From NCBI GenBank assembly GCA_963169855.1, contig CAUJCN010000002.1, forward strand, positions 197,508-261,507: a stretch of DNA of 64,000 bases, in the 5' to 3' direction. The position numbers and the translations under genes were made by a program. Below are positions 1 to 10,345 of the stretch, piece by piece (the first letter of the stretch is position 1; every line of letters starts with the position of its first letter). Under the pieces are notes generated by a model. It did not search any database. It had not been told where the DNA came from and was given only the letters and a program-made list of their open reading frames with translations. This DNA is from Patescibacteria group bacterium. Its GTDB lineage: Bacteria; Patescibacteriota; Dojkabacteria; J137.

Positions 1-178
1 TCCATTCTCGCGGATCCCCTACTAAAGTAGCTTTTGCTAATTTTTTCAAGGTTTCTAGAGGGACGTGTGCTTTATCATCTAAAACGAACCCTTCCAAACC
101 TAGTCTCGTGAGCTCATCTGCTTCCAGCTCTTTCAATCTAAAGTACTCAGCCATTTCTTGAATATCTTCTGTTCTCAT
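1..178 (-). CDS. hypothetical protein, 5' part (runs off window edge)
   Basis: ATG at 178 with an open frame MRTEDIQEMAEYFRLKELEADEL... to position 1. Confidence 0.6.
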   Translation of the reverse strand, partial: MRTEDIQEMAEYFRLKELEADELTRLGLEGFVLDDKAHVPLETLKKLAKATLVGDPREW

Positions 179-300
179 ATTAAAAAAGTAAAAAAAAGGA
201 GCTACTTTGCTCCGTAAATATGATTATTTTATTATTTTTTTGATCTTCATAAGCCTAGAAGATCATAATACAAAAAACGTGTTGTTTGCAACTATAGAAA

Positions 301-1245
301 TTAAAGTGCTTTGTCTACTATGTAAATGACACCATTTGACGATATGATATCTTTAAACAAAATAGTTGAATTGTTTACAAGAATATTTTGGTCATCAACA
401 ATGAAGCTTAGTTCTTGACCTTGCTCAGTAACGAATTTAGTTCCATTAGTAAAGTCCTGGGATAAATATTTCCCCGACAAAATGTGAGAGTTTAAAAAAT
501 CTTTCATGGCATCTTTGCTTAATGTTAATGAAGCGAAAGCTGAGTCGACTGGAACAAAAATTGTGTATGGACCCGAAGTATTCAATTCTGCCTGCAAACC
601 TTCTGACTCAATCATACTGGTGAAGATTGTAAGATTGTTTGCCTTCATAAGATTTTCCACGATAGAAGAGTCTCTTGTCATAATTCCACCACCGACTGTA
701 ATTCCTGAATCAGGAACAAGAACACTATCTATAATAAAAATAGTTCCATTTTTCGATTCAATGTTTGGATGTAATACTTTTGCATCATTTACGAAAAGGT
801 CAGCACCAATTTTCGAAAAACTTAATTGTTGACTGTTTACTGTTGCCAATCTCATCCCATCAGAAAGTTCTTCGGCTTTGTAATTACCCACAATAAAATG
901 ATAAGTCAGCAAATCTGTTAAGGATGAAATTCTCTCTGGTCTTAATAAATCTTCCAACATTCCCTCTGGCAAATTGTTAAACGCTTCATTCACTGGAATG
1001 AAAATTGTGTATGGACCAACTGATTTTAGAGTTCCTGTTAAATCTGCAGCGGAAAGTGCTACAAGAGACGTTTCTAAATTTGAGGATTTGTTTACGTTCT
1101 CAATAATATCCTGTTTCGAAGACATGATGACGCCATCTACTTCTATTCCATCAACTTCTTTTTTATTGAAAAAGGCGATGTAGCCAATAGCTGCAAAAAC
1201 AACTATTAGTCCAAGAATCAGCATTCCATTGTTGCCTTTCTCCAT
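301..1245 (-). CDS. fasciclin (FAS1) domain protein, two domains, N-terminal TM anchor
   Basis: two copies of GPYTIFxPxxxAF ... H(F/I) ... NGxI(F/Y)I(I/V)D. Confidence 0.9.
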   Translation of the reverse strand: MEKGNNGMLILGLIVVFAAIGYIAFFNKKEVDGIEVDGVIMSSKQDIIENVNKSSNLETSLVALSAADLTGTLKSVGPYTIFIPVNEAFNNLPEGMLEDLLRPERISSLTDLLTYHFIVGNYKAEELSDGMRLATVNSQQLSFSKIGADLFVNDAKVLHPNIESKNGTIFIIDSVLVPDSGITVGGGIMTRDSSIVENLMKANNLTIFTSMIESEGLQAELNTSGPYTIFVPVDSAFASLTLSKDAMKDFLNSHILSGKYLSQDFTNGTKFVTEQGQELSFIVDDQNILVNNSTILFKDIISSNGVIYIVDKAL

Positions 1246-1264
1246 AAATTGCCCTAATAAGTAA

Positions 1265-2131
1265 TTACATTACTTTGTGCAAGCTGTTTAGAACATCATC
1301 CAGTAAAGTTAATTTAGATTCTGAGCTTACACCCTCTTCGATTCCAAAATAGTAAGCATTTCCTACATAACTTCCGAATTCGTCTGTTACATTAAATGCA
1401 AATTCATTTGTTACAATAAAGTTTTCATCAATTCCACAAGCTGTATTAAATACTGTTGGATTTTCCTCTCTAGCAACATAAAGTTGAGATTCAACTCTTC
1501 GTATATTTCTACCGAAAACGAATATTTGAACGTAATCTGCATTTGTATAGTCGATAACTTGAGTTGGATCGAGTTCGAATTCTGCTCTTTCATCCCTAAC
1601 CATTTGTATGTAACTTGCTTCTGTATCTGCAAATTGTGCTACTGATGAACAACCACCGGCTCCGCCAATTCCTAGAACTCCAGCAAATTTAAAAACAACA
1701 TTGCTATTTTCATCGACAATTTCAAAACCAGTCAAACCTGAAAAAGTTGCTGCATCAGCAGCTCCTTCGTAAAGTCCTTGTGAATTAGAATATTCTATAA
1801 TATTCCATTGAGTTGGAATTGTTGCTTCTACATATATACCTCTGAATAATCTTGTGTTGCTAACTTCTTCTTCATCATTATTTGGACTGTCATCCTCATC
1901 AGAATCGTTTTCATCATCTTCATTTTGATTATTCTGATCATTTTGAGTATCTTCTTGTTGATTGTTATTTGTATCCGCAACTTGGGTGGGTCGGGTCGCC
2001 GAATAAAGCACAAACAAAATAAGTCCTATTACTATAAAGGTGAAGCACAACAAAAGACTAATTATTATAATCAACAACTTTTTTTTACTAGGTTTTTGAA
2101 TTTGAGTTTGCTCAGTTGAAACATTTTCCAT
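1265..2131 (-). CDS. membrane-anchored hypothetical protein with acidic D/E/N/Q linker
   Basis: ORF, N-terminal TM helix, low-complexity linker. Confidence 0.75.
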   Translation of the reverse strand: MENVSTEQTQIQKPSKKKLLIIIISLLLCFTFIVIGLILFVLYSATRPTQVADTNNNQQEDTQNDQNNQNEDDENDSDEDDSPNNDEEEVSNTRLFRGIYVEATIPTQWNIIEYSNSQGLYEGAADAATFSGLTGFEIVDENSNVVFKFAGVLGIGGAGGCSSVAQFADTEASYIQMVRDERAEFELDPTQVIDYTNADYVQIFVFGRNIRRVESQLYVAREENPTVFNTACGIDENFIVTNEFAFNVTDEFGSYVGNAYYFGIEEGVSSESKLTLLDDVLNSLHKVM

Positions 2132-2230
2132 GCATTTTGATTAACTAAGATAAGTATAAGACAGACTAAATTGAATTGATACTACGACTACAAAAATCCA
2201 TGATAATATTTAATTAGTTACTTTAAAAAT

Positions 2231-2530
2231 ATGTCTTCATTACCAAAGTTATCTAAAGATTTACTAGAAGAGCTCTTAAAATCAAGTGAGTTGGATTGGG
2301 AAATACTAGAGGATGGGGTAACTAAATTACGAAAAGAATTTAAATTCGATACATTCGAAGATGCGGTTGCATTTGTAGATAAAGCAACACAAGAAATCTC
2401 TAAACATAATCACCACCCCGATATACAAATTTCGTATAACAAAGTGGTGTTTACTACTTGGGATCACGAAGCTGAAGGAGTCACCCAAAAGGATCTTGAT
2501 CTAGCAAAAAGCATTACGCTTTTGTTTTAA
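2231..2530 (+). CDS. phhB: pterin-4-alpha-carbinolamine dehydratase
   Basis: F-x-F...AVAFV, NHHPDI, TWDH...GVTQKDLDLA motifs. Confidence 0.9.
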   Translation: MSSLPKLSKDLLEELLKSSELDWEILEDGVTKLRKEFKFDTFEDAVAFVDKATQEISKHNHHPDIQISYNKVVFTTWDHEAEGVTQKDLDLAKSITLLF

Positions 2531-2909
2531 GAGCAAGGTTGTAATCAGAAATCATTGCAATTGCCATGTTGTAAATTTCGAATCCGATCTCGAATCCAAA
2601 CTCCGAATGACTCACTTTACTTGATGCTCTAATCAAATCCTTTTGCAGAATATCTCTACATAACTCATCAAAGAATATTGCTCTTTCTTTTAGTTCGTCA
2701 GGTGAAACACGAGTTCTGTTTTCTGCATATCTTTTTGCTAAATACATAACTGAGCTGGATTGATCTGGAGTTGCTGGGTATTTTGTATTGATGAATTCTT
2801 CTAAACTTCCTGCAAACTGCTGCTTAGGTAAAGGAGGTGCCGCAGTTGTATCTAAAAGTGCTTCCGCGTCCAGCTTCTCGTCTTCAATAAACATATCATC
2901 ACCTGACAT
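2514..2909 (-). CDS. hypothetical protein
   Basis: 131-aa ORF with natural composition. Confidence 0.6.
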   Translation of the reverse strand: MSGDDMFIEDEKLDAEALLDTTAAPPLPKQQFAGSLEEFINTKYPATPDQSSSVMYLAKRYAENRTRVSPDELKERAIFFDELCRDILQKDLIRASSKVSHSEFGFEIGFEIYNMAIAMISDYNLALKTKA

Positions 2910-2940
2910 AAATTGTATTTAACAAATAAATTCTTAGTAG

Positions 2941-2958
2941 TCCTGAACTTGTTCAGGA
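2941..2958. repeat. palindrome TCCTGAAC-TT-GTTCAGGA (REP-like or terminator)
   Basis: perfect 8-bp inverted repeat, intergenic. Confidence 0.5.
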
Positions 2959-3006
2959 ATAAATATTATTCTATCACGGTATATTATCTAAGCGAAATTA
3001 CACATA

Positions 3007-3438
3007 TTATAGCGACGTATCTGAAAGTTTTAAAATAGCATCCCACTCGCCTTTCGATACCGACGAGACAGAAAGTCTAGATAATTTTACTAATTCCATG
3101 TTACTAAATTTGGGATTCATTTTGATTTCCTCCAAGGTTACTGGTTTATTTAATTTTTTAACGGGTGAAAAATCAACTACAACCCATTGACCTACGCCAA
3201 GTTTTCGGTCAATTTTCTCTGTAGGGTCTTGATAAAATTCTTTTGTAACTTTAGCAACGCCAACAATTTCTTTTCCAACATTACTATGGTAATAAAAAGC
3301 CAAGTCACCTACTTTCATTTCTTTTAAATTATTTCTTGCTCTGTAATTTCTAACTCCAGTCCATATCGACTTTCCATCTTTCACAAGATCATCCCAAGAG
3401 AATTCGTCAGGTTCTGATTTAATAAGCCAGTAGTTCAT
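3007..3438 (-). CDS. EVE domain protein (PUA-like, modified-base reader)
   Basis: YWLIKSEP, WTGVRNYRARN, MKVGDLAFYYHS, SRLSV. Confidence 0.95.
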   Translation of the reverse strand: MNYWLIKSEPDEFSWDDLVKDGKSIWTGVRNYRARNNLKEMKVGDLAFYYHSNVGKEIVGVAKVTKEFYQDPTEKIDRKLGVGQWVVVDFSPVKKLNKPVTLEEIKMNPKFSNMELVKLSRLSVSSVSKGEWDAILKLSDTSL

Positions 3439-3444
3439 ACGTTT

Positions 3445-4035
3445 TTAGTTAAAAATTGATAAATCTATTTTATCAAAATCTATTGGTGGATTTTCATCGA
3501 AAACTTTTTTGATTAGAACTTTATACTCGTCTTCGGTCCATAAAACTAAATTCATTTCTGATATAAACTCTTCAATTTGGTCTTCTGCTTTATTACGTTG
3601 CGATTCGTCTTCAAGCTCAATTTCAATTTCGTAGTGATCTTGTAGCAAACCCTGATTTTTTAAAGAAATTGTAAAATTCTTATATTTGTAATCCTCTCGA
3701 TAGTAAAATCTTGGACAACCATTTACAACTCCAAACATCCTTAGGAAATCGAAAATTGAGTCAATATTTTTAAGATCAAAGGGAAGGGATAGCTCCTGCC
3801 TTGCTGTATCTTTCAAGTCTCCCAATTTTGCTTTAAGTCTTGCTGTAGTTGAATTTTCAGAAAGATTCTGGGAAATTGAGATATTTATTTGATTCTTGTT
3901 TTGATCATTCTTGAAAGTGGTAAAGATTCCCAATTGATTATACTTTCCTAAGAGTTGTGAATTCTTCGAGAGGAATTTCTGAAATTCTTGAAACTGTTCC
4001 TCTAATAGTGGACCTCTTTTTTCGATTTCGATCAT
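3445..4035 (-). CDS. CYTH-like (triphosphate tunnel) protein, paralog 1
   Basis: N-terminal EIEKR (ExExK-like), R-EDY-Y, EIEIE; close paralog of 13422..14030. Confidence 0.75.
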   Translation of the reverse strand: MIEIEKRGPLLEEQFQEFQKFLSKNSQLLGKYNQLGIFTTFKNDQNKNQINISISQNLSENSTTARLKAKLGDLKDTARQELSLPFDLKNIDSIFDFLRMFGVVNGCPRFYYREDYKYKNFTISLKNQGLLQDHYEIEIELEDESQRNKAEDQIEEFISEMNLVLWTEDEYKVLIKKVFDENPPIDFDKIDLSIFN

Positions 4036-4121
4036 AAGATTTTGTACAAAGTTAATGATATCAGCAATCTTTTTCTTAAAGATCCACCTAAAGTTCTATG
4101 TATGTTCAGAGATAAATCACA

Positions 4122-4934
4122 TCATTTCAATATATTGCTATTTAATGATATTAGAGGAGCGAATGTTATATAACCTTCTGGTCGAGTTTTATCTGCCCCT
4201 AATAACTCTGAATAAATCTCCCTCATAGAATTGTTCAATTTAGAAGCATCCACAGTTATCTCTGGCTGAAGTGCTTCTGTATGAGCATAGTGAATATTTT
4301 TGGTTCCTAATCTCTGTACAACATCGTTTTTGGAGTAATAAAAGGCTTCGGTAAGATAAATTGCCAAACTGTTTGTTAAATTCACAGAAATTGGGATTCC
4401 TGCATATGCTGTAATATAACCATAGGTTGCCAGGACTCTACTTCTCGCAATCACAGCACCGGGGGTTTTTGTTTGACCAACAATCAATGCTGGATTAATG
4501 TATTCAATTCCAGCTTTGTACAGAGCACCAGCAACTCCTTTACCCTGGAAGTCTGGATGGACAACTATACCTACATCACATGCAAGAACTTTATAACTAA
4601 ATAATTTTTTTGAATCTAGTTCTGATGAGGTGTTTGATTTAATAAATTCTATTAGTCTACCTCCACGTTTATCCTCGATATCGTTCTTCCAAAGAATAAA
4701 ATACAAACTTCCCACCACTCTACCTTCTACTTCAGCTAGAAAAATTACAGTACGGTTTTCTCCATGATCAAATTCTTCTTCTACAACTTGTTCTTTTGTT
4801 TTGTCTCCAACAGGCATCCCATAGCCATCAATTATATGATCAGCAATGCTAGGATTCCTTTTGCCTGCTTCTACGATTTCACTTGGTGTAAAGATTTTTA
4901 TTTTGACTTCAGGAAAAGATTCAATGTGCTCCAT
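4122..4934 (-). CDS. GNAT-family N-acetyltransferase
   Basis: acetyl-CoA motif A VHPDFQGKGVAGALY; FLAEVEGRVVG. Confidence 0.85.
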   Translation of the reverse strand: MEHIESFPEVKIKIFTPSEIVEAGKRNPSIADHIIDGYGMPVGDKTKEQVVEEEFDHGENRTVIFLAEVEGRVVGSLYFILWKNDIEDKRGGRLIEFIKSNTSSELDSKKLFSYKVLACDVGIVVHPDFQGKGVAGALYKAGIEYINPALIVGQTKTPGAVIARSRVLATYGYITAYAGIPISVNLTNSLAIYLTEAFYYSKNDVVQRLGTKNIHYAHTEALQPEITVDASKLNNSMREIYSELLGADKTRPEGYITFAPLISLNSNILK

Positions 4935-5257
4935 TAGTTATAAAACATAATATCTAAAACATCGATGGTTGGAGTTTCGTAAGGATGAATTTCTTTTATT
5001 GCTTTGACGACTTCAACTAATCTATCTTTGGGACAAATCATTTCTACTTTATCCTCTGGTTCTCTAGACATTTTATTCTGACTTCCAATAAAGGGAGCTG
5101 CATTTTCACTGGGGAGGTAATTACCAAAACCTTTTGTAATAAATGCACAGTGAGTATAGTTGCCTACAACACCTGCCCCTGCGTGAGACATTGCCTCTAT
5201 TAACTCGTCGGTATAGGCTTCTGGAATTGTCACAAAAATTTTATAGACTTCTTGCAT
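4934..5257 (-). CDS. NIF3/YqfO PII-like (CutA-like) small domain protein
   Basis: AGAGVVGNYTHCAF...G.G.Y.P...A.P.IG, HPYETP. Confidence 0.9.
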   Translation of the reverse strand: MQEVYKIFVTIPEAYTDELIEAMSHAGAGVVGNYTHCAFITKGFGNYLPSENAAPFIGSQNKMSREPEDKVEMICPKDRLVEVVKAIKEIHPYETPTIDVLDIMFYN

Positions 5258-5266
5258 ACAATTATT

Positions 5267-6544
5267 TTAACTATAAGGGCCGTATTGAGCAATGACAACT
5301 AGAAACTTAATACTCATGATTACAAACGCTACATAAGGAATAAACCTGAACTTATCAGAAATAGTTAAATATTTACTTAACAATAGAATAACAATAAACT
5401 GAACGACTAATACAATATTGTAGAGTAAACGGTCCCAATAGTTCCCCAAGCCAAAAAAGAAAAGAATAAACAGTCCCAGAAGTAGAAAGTATGGTCTAAA
5501 TTCAGCGACAATCTCCTTCTTCTGACTTTTCTTTAAAACAAGTAATCCAATGTACAGGACAATCATCGTTAATAACGAAATCCACATTTCAGTAGTTTGA
5601 GATAGAATGAATGAGCGAATGTGATTAACAATATTTTGAATCCCTGCACCAAATCCATTCTCAAATCCATCCAGCACCCAAACAAATTGTCGGTAAGATT
5701 CCGCTGCATGATTAAAGTATGTGCCTGTTTTCCACTTTACTACCATCGGCCAAATAATAGTTGGTAAAGCTGTAAGAGTAATTATTATACCTAGTGGTAA
5801 ATGTTTCAAAGGATTTAGTTTTCTCAAGTTAATATTTTTAAGTAAATATTGAAGTGCTAAAGCACCTGAAATCAAAACTACACTTGGGTAAAGTGTGGCC
5901 CCTAGACCAACTGAAGCAGCGATCAGATACTTTACTGAATTTTTTATTCCGTACTTATATTCATAGTAAATGATGGAAACAGAAGCAATTGGTATTAGTG
6001 CATTAAAAATTTGCTGATGAGGAGTAAACACAAATGCTTTTACAACTTCATTTGAAGCAAGCGCTATAACTCCAGTTAGTATTAAAAACAGACTGAATGA
6101 TTCTTTCTTGGCAATTTTCAAGAATAAGAAAATACTTGTAAACAATAAAGAGAAATTGAAAAGAATGAATCCCGCAAGAAATCTTGCGTCAATAAATAAT
6201 CCAGTTTCGGCTGGTGGAAATCCTGTAACTTTTGATAATGCTATAAAGGGTAACGAGTATACAATTCCAGTTGGAATCACTCCAGGTCTACTCTGCAATA
6301 ATTGACTTTCGTCAAAAACCGTTTTTGGATACTTCGCTAAATTAATTAACGCACTTGAATCGCAATTTAGAACAAACCCTGCAGAATCATTAAGTTCAAT
6401 GTACACTCCACAAACTTGATCTATTCCTTCTCTTGGAGCTGGTGAGAATAAAAATGCAAATGGCAGTAAACAAAAGATTGCTGATGTGATTAAAAACCTG
6501 GAGTTGCTTCGAATTAACATGGAGGATTTTTTAAGAAGATTCAT
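5267..6544 (-). CDS. polytopic membrane protein (GT-C-like, uncertain)
   Basis: about 10 hydrophobic segments. Confidence 0.6.
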   Translation of the reverse strand: MNLLKKSSMLIRSNSRFLITSAIFCLLPFAFLFSPAPREGIDQVCGVYIELNDSAGFVLNCDSSALINLAKYPKTVFDESQLLQSRPGVIPTGIVYSLPFIALSKVTGFPPAETGLFIDARFLAGFILFNFSLLFTSIFLFLKIAKKESFSLFLILTGVIALASNEVVKAFVFTPHQQIFNALIPIASVSIIYYEYKYGIKNSVKYLIAASVGLGATLYPSVVLISGALALQYLLKNINLRKLNPLKHLPLGIIITLTALPTIIWPMVVKWKTGTYFNHAAESYRQFVWVLDGFENGFGAGIQNIVNHIRSFILSQTTEMWISLLTMIVLYIGLLVLKKSQKKEIVAEFRPYFLLLGLFILFFFGLGNYWDRLLYNIVLVVQFIVILLLSKYLTISDKFRFIPYVAFVIMSIKFLVVIAQYGPYS

Positions 6545-6625
6545 TCTAGATTAGTAATTTATTTTATCTTAACATTAAATTGATAAATTTAAATCTGCTA
6601 CATTACTGAGGTATAAATTCTGATT

Positions 6626-7276
6626 TTACAATATTCTTTGATCATAAGTTTCTTGATCGACTAAATATACTCCCGTACAGGTAATTAAGTTTAGCTGACT
6701 TTGAACTCCTGAATTTTGAGAGAATAGAAATTTCCCAGCATCTTCTGTATTAACTGTGATCACTTCTAACACTTTGAATTTCTTCGAAGTTCCGTCCCCT
6801 ATCTCAATAGAAAATTCGTCATTTGGATTCAAAGAACCGAGATTTTTGAAAATCCCTCCTAAATTTGGACCATCTACATGACCATCAATAATACTCAATC
6901 CTGTATCTCCAGGTCTGACGCTGTCTACAAACCATCCAGCAAAGTGAATATTTGGAGGAACCGCGATCTCTACATTCTGATCTACACCTACTTTTAAAAC
7001 GTATCCTTCTGTGGAAATAGTTGGAAGATTAATATATTTAGGATCGGATTCTTTCCCATACCAGATATAATTTTCATCTGGTGGAACTTCATCAGGAATA
7101 TCTGTGGAATGAGTTATTACAACATCATTAGGATCAACCACCTCTGGTTCAGATTGTGGAGGCTGCTTCTGAAAGATCAGTGAAGTGTGTTCGCTAGTTT
7201 CGATAACTACATAAGGATGAGCAACAGTTTCTTGATCTAGTTTAAGCCAGTAAAGCTCTCCTTGATTGATGGCCAT
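6626..7276 (-). CDS. class F sortase domain fused to an N-terminal PemK/MazF-like fragment (probable chimera/partial)
   Basis: IDGHVD, LNLITCTG, YDQR catalytic H/C/R; N-terminus MAINQGELYW...HPYVVI resembles a PemK start; no TM anchor. Confidence 0.7.
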   Translation of the reverse strand: MAINQGELYWLKLDQETVAHPYVVIETSEHTSLIFQKQPPQSEPEVVDPNDVVITHSTDIPDEVPPDENYIWYGKESDPKYINLPTISTEGYVLKVGVDQNVEIAVPPNIHFAGWFVDSVRPGDTGLSIIDGHVDGPNLGGIFKNLGSLNPNDEFSIEIGDGTSKKFKVLEVITVNTEDAGKFLFSQNSGVQSQLNLITCTGVYLVDQETYDQRIL

Positions 7277-7278
7277 AA

Positions 7279-8025
7279 TTAGTAAGTACTCCATCCTCCA
7301 TCAGCTACGAGAATCGCTCCATTTATAAAACTTGCCTCGTCGGAAGCTAAGAAAAGAGCTGCTTGTGCAACCTCCATAGGATCACCAATTTTTTGATTAC
7401 CTTGATTTGAAAGCATTGATTTAATTAACTTACCCGCAGTAGAAAGATTAATACTGCCCGACATTATATTGGTATTCATTGCCCCTGGAGCTACAGCATT
7501 ACATCTAATACCAGATTTAGCATAAAAGTAAGCAGTATTTTTTGTAAGACCAACCACACCATGTTTACTTGCAGTGTATGCTGCTCCTGCTCTCCCACCT
7601 TCTAATCCTCCAATTGATGCTATATTCACAATAACCCCAGCCTTCTTTTTTTGAAAGATTTTGATTGCTTCTCTCATCATATAAAAAGTTCCTTTTAGAT
7701 TTATATTAATCACTCTATCGAATATCTCATCTGATACATCACCAACGGGATCTAGTTTATCCATAACTCCTGCATTGTTTATTAGAATATCAATCTCAGA
7801 ATTTTCAAAAACTTTCTTCACATCATCTTTGTTTGAAATATCTGCAGTAACAGAAGTTACGGTTGATCCCTGCGGAAGCTCAGACATAAATTGAGCTAAT
7901 GTTTGTTGGTTATAATCTATTGCGATTACATTAGCTCCCTGCTTCGCGAATAGGAGCGCGATCTCTTTACCTAAACCTGAGGCTGCTCCTGTAACTATAG
8001 CCGTTTTATTTCGAAGTGATAACAT
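7279..8025 (-). CDS. SDR family oxidoreductase
   Basis: TGAASGLG, NNAG, YTASK. Confidence 0.95.
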   Translation of the reverse strand: MLSLRNKTAIVTGAASGLGKEIALLFAKQGANVIAIDYNQQTLAQFMSELPQGSTVTSVTADISNKDDVKKVFENSEIDILINNAGVMDKLDPVGDVSDEIFDRVININLKGTFYMMREAIKIFQKKKAGVIVNIASIGGLEGGRAGAAYTASKHGVVGLTKNTAYFYAKSGIRCNAVAPGAMNTNIMSGSINLSTAGKLIKSMLSNQGNQKIGDPMEVAQAALFLASDEASFINGAILVADGGWSTY

Positions 8026-8047
8026 AACTGGAGTGATAAGAAATAAA

Positions 8048-8488
8048 TTAACTAACAGCTTTCTTTACTAATTCAATAATTCTTTTTTCCTCGACTGGGG
8101 TTAGCTTTAACAGTACAAACGATGTTGGCCACATGTTTCCATCATCTAAATTCGCTGAATCATTAAACCCTAATGTTGAATATCTTGCTTCGAATTTGCT
8201 TCCTGCTTGGAAAAAACAAACTACTTTTCCATCAGCATTTGCGTATGCTGGCATACTGTACCAAGTTTTTGGGAATAACTGAGGAGCTGTTTCTGTAACA
8301 AGTTTATGAATTCTTTTTGCCATAGATTTATCCGGTTCTTTCATAAGTGCAATCACAGCATCAATGGCTTTTTCGCCTTCTGCTCTATTCTTATTCATCT
8401 TTGCTTCTGCTCGTAACTCTTTTGCTCTTTCTCTCATTGCTTGTTTTTCGAAATCGGAAAATACTGGTTCTGCAGGTTTTGTTGCCAT
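8048..8488 (-). CDS. DUF1801 (YdhG-like) protein
   Basis: [11 protein letters not shown]...VVCFFQ...[11 protein letters not shown]...MWPTSF. Confidence 0.85.
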   Translation of the reverse strand: MATKPAEPVFSDFEKQAMRERAKELRAEAKMNKNRAEGEKAIDAVIALMKEPDKSMAKRIHKLVTETAPQLFPKTWYSMPAYANADGKVVCFFQAGSKFEARYSTLGFNDSANLDDGNMWPTSFVLLKLTPVEEKRIIELVKKAVS

Positions 8489-8579
8489 ACTTTTTTATTA
8501 AGAGTTATTAAGATCATCTTATCAGAAAAGGTGATTTTGATAAATTTTTGTGTAAAATGTTAATAGTTAATAAAAGAAA

Positions 8580-8948
8580 ATGATTTCGACACAAATTCTA
8601 ATTGCAGCTTTATGGGTAATGTTAATGCTCGTTTATCTACTTGGTGATGTTTTAAGAATATTCAGTGGAGACTTTAAACCCGGAGAAATTATGGGAAAGA
8701 AAGTAGGTCAAGCTGTGTGGTTGGGAATATCGATATTTATGTTAATTCCAATTCTAATGATCTTTTCTACTTTGACGTTGGATTATTCAGCAAATAGGAT
8801 CCTGAATATTGCTGTGGCAGCATTGTTCCTTGTCTTCAACCTGTTTGGTTTACCTAGCTACCCTTCTTGGTACGATAGATTCCTAATCGTTGTTGGATTG
8901 GTGTTTAATGTACTGACGATTGGTTACGCTTGGAATTGGGTTGTCTAA
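8580..8948 (+). CDS. small 4-TM membrane protein (DUF6326-like)
   Basis: LW..LML.YL.GDVL pattern, 4 TM segments. Confidence 0.65.
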   Translation: MISTQILIAALWVMLMLVYLLGDVLRIFSGDFKPGEIMGKKVGQAVWLGISIFMLIPILMIFSTLTLDYSANRILNIAVAALFLVFNLFGLPSYPSWYDRFLIVVGLVFNVLTIGYAWNWVV

Positions 8949-9787
8949 GTCTCACCAAAACCAGTAATAAGATCCTGTAATGCTTGTAGTGGTTTTCCTC
9001 CATTCAAAGAACGTGTTGGAGGAACTCCATGAACTTTTACATTAGGTACATTTTCTAAGTCAGAAACTAAAGTGCCGTCCACAGTCGCCGATCTTGCATA
9101 CTCAGGAGCATTATCTCTACGCAGAATATTGTAAGCATCTTTTTGAAACACTAAAACATTACCCCCTTTAGGCATGAATTCTCTTATTATTTTAAGATGT
9201 TTTTGTTTTTCTGCTTGTTGGATTCTTTTAAACACATTCGATCCAAATAACCTCCGAACTCCAGAGACCCCTGTCCATGGTTCGGTACTTGGAGTCGAAG
9301 GCATGGAAATAAAAGATATGAAACCTAATCTAAATGGAGATTGATAATCCAACTCTAAAAGTTGAGTTCTTCTTGTTGAATTTAACTGCTCTCTTGATTG
9401 ATTATGTAGTGTTTGATCAGTATTAAAATTTAAGAGTTGGATTTTTCTAAAGATCCTCCAAATTCTGTGTTCACGTCCATTACCTTCATACGAAAAAATC
9501 ATTTTTAGATTGATAGAACTTGGTGCTGGATTTCCAAACATGAGTAACAGAGGCGATCGGCCATCATCTTTGTCAGGAATCATCCTTTCTGAAAGATATG
9601 TTATTCTGTGACCATCTTTAAACAAGACGCCATCATTCATCTCATCAGATTTGTAGAAACTATCCCATCTACCTTCGAAAGCTTTTCTATCTAATTCGTC
9701 AGGATACAATTCGTTTAGATTTAGTACATACTTTTCTATCACATCATCATGTCTTTCTAAACTCAGTAAATTTCCAAAATCTTCCAT
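8945..9787 (-). CDS. uracil-DNA-glycosylase superfamily-like (MUG-like) protein
   Basis: LLLMFGNPAPSS...FSYEG..REHRIWRIF resembles MUG GINPG.SS...FA.P.NRFW; C-terminal GVPPTRS resembles LPNPSG. Confidence 0.55.
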   Translation of the reverse strand: MEDFGNLLSLERHDDVIEKYVLNLNELYPDELDRKAFEGRWDSFYKSDEMNDGVLFKDGHRITYLSERMIPDKDDGRSPLLLMFGNPAPSSINLKMIFSYEGNGREHRIWRIFRKIQLLNFNTDQTLHNQSREQLNSTRRTQLLELDYQSPFRLGFISFISMPSTPSTEPWTGVSGVRRLFGSNVFKRIQQAEKQKHLKIIREFMPKGGNVLVFQKDAYNILRRDNAPEYARSATVDGTLVSDLENVPNVKVHGVPPTRSLNGGKPLQALQDLITGFGET

Positions 9788-9790
9788 AAA

Positions 9791-10336
9791 TTATTTATAT
9801 GACTCTAGTAAATCATTAACGAGATCCATAATTTGGATTTCGTCTTCGACATTGATATCATATTCTACCCCTGTATTAGTAAAATCTTCAATAAAGTTTT
9901 TAACTTCCTCGGGTCTCCAATCATCAATTCTTTTAATCCTAATAGCTTTAACATTTCGAAGGATCAAGTGTTTGATATATGGATTTACTGAATCCGAAAA
10001 CATCGGTTTATATAGAAATAGAATTGGCTTATCGTGAAGTATTGCATAAGCGATTTCTATACTAGCACTAACTCCGATATATCCTATCTGATCAACGAAT
10101 TTGTTATGAACAACGTGAATAGGATTTCTCTTGATTGCTTTAAAGAAATCTATCTCTACTGAATGGAAGTTCTTTTCTTCTGTAGGAATAAAAGTGACAT
10201 CTATTCCGTTATGCTGACCGATAATTCCATCATTAAAAGGAAATTCAACAATAACTCCAGCAGACTCTAGTTTCTTTTTAAGTTCGAAAAGTCCATTTTC
10301 TAGCTTTGAAAATTTACCACCAAGTTGAGTTTTCAT
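9791..10336 (-). CDS. nucleoside 2-deoxyribosyltransferase / N-glycosidase-like protein
   Basis: GYIGVSASIEIAYAILHDKPI with the catalytic Glu retained. Confidence 0.7.
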   Translation of the reverse strand: MKTQLGGKFSKLENGLFELKKKLESAGVIVEFPFNDGIIGQHNGIDVTFIPTEEKNFHSVEIDFFKAIKRNPIHVVHNKFVDQIGYIGVSASIEIAYAILHDKPILFLYKPMFSDSVNPYIKHLILRNVKAIRIKRIDDWRPEEVKNFIEDFTNTGVEYDINVEDEIQIMDLVNDLLESYK

Positions 10337-10345
10337 ATGAGAATA

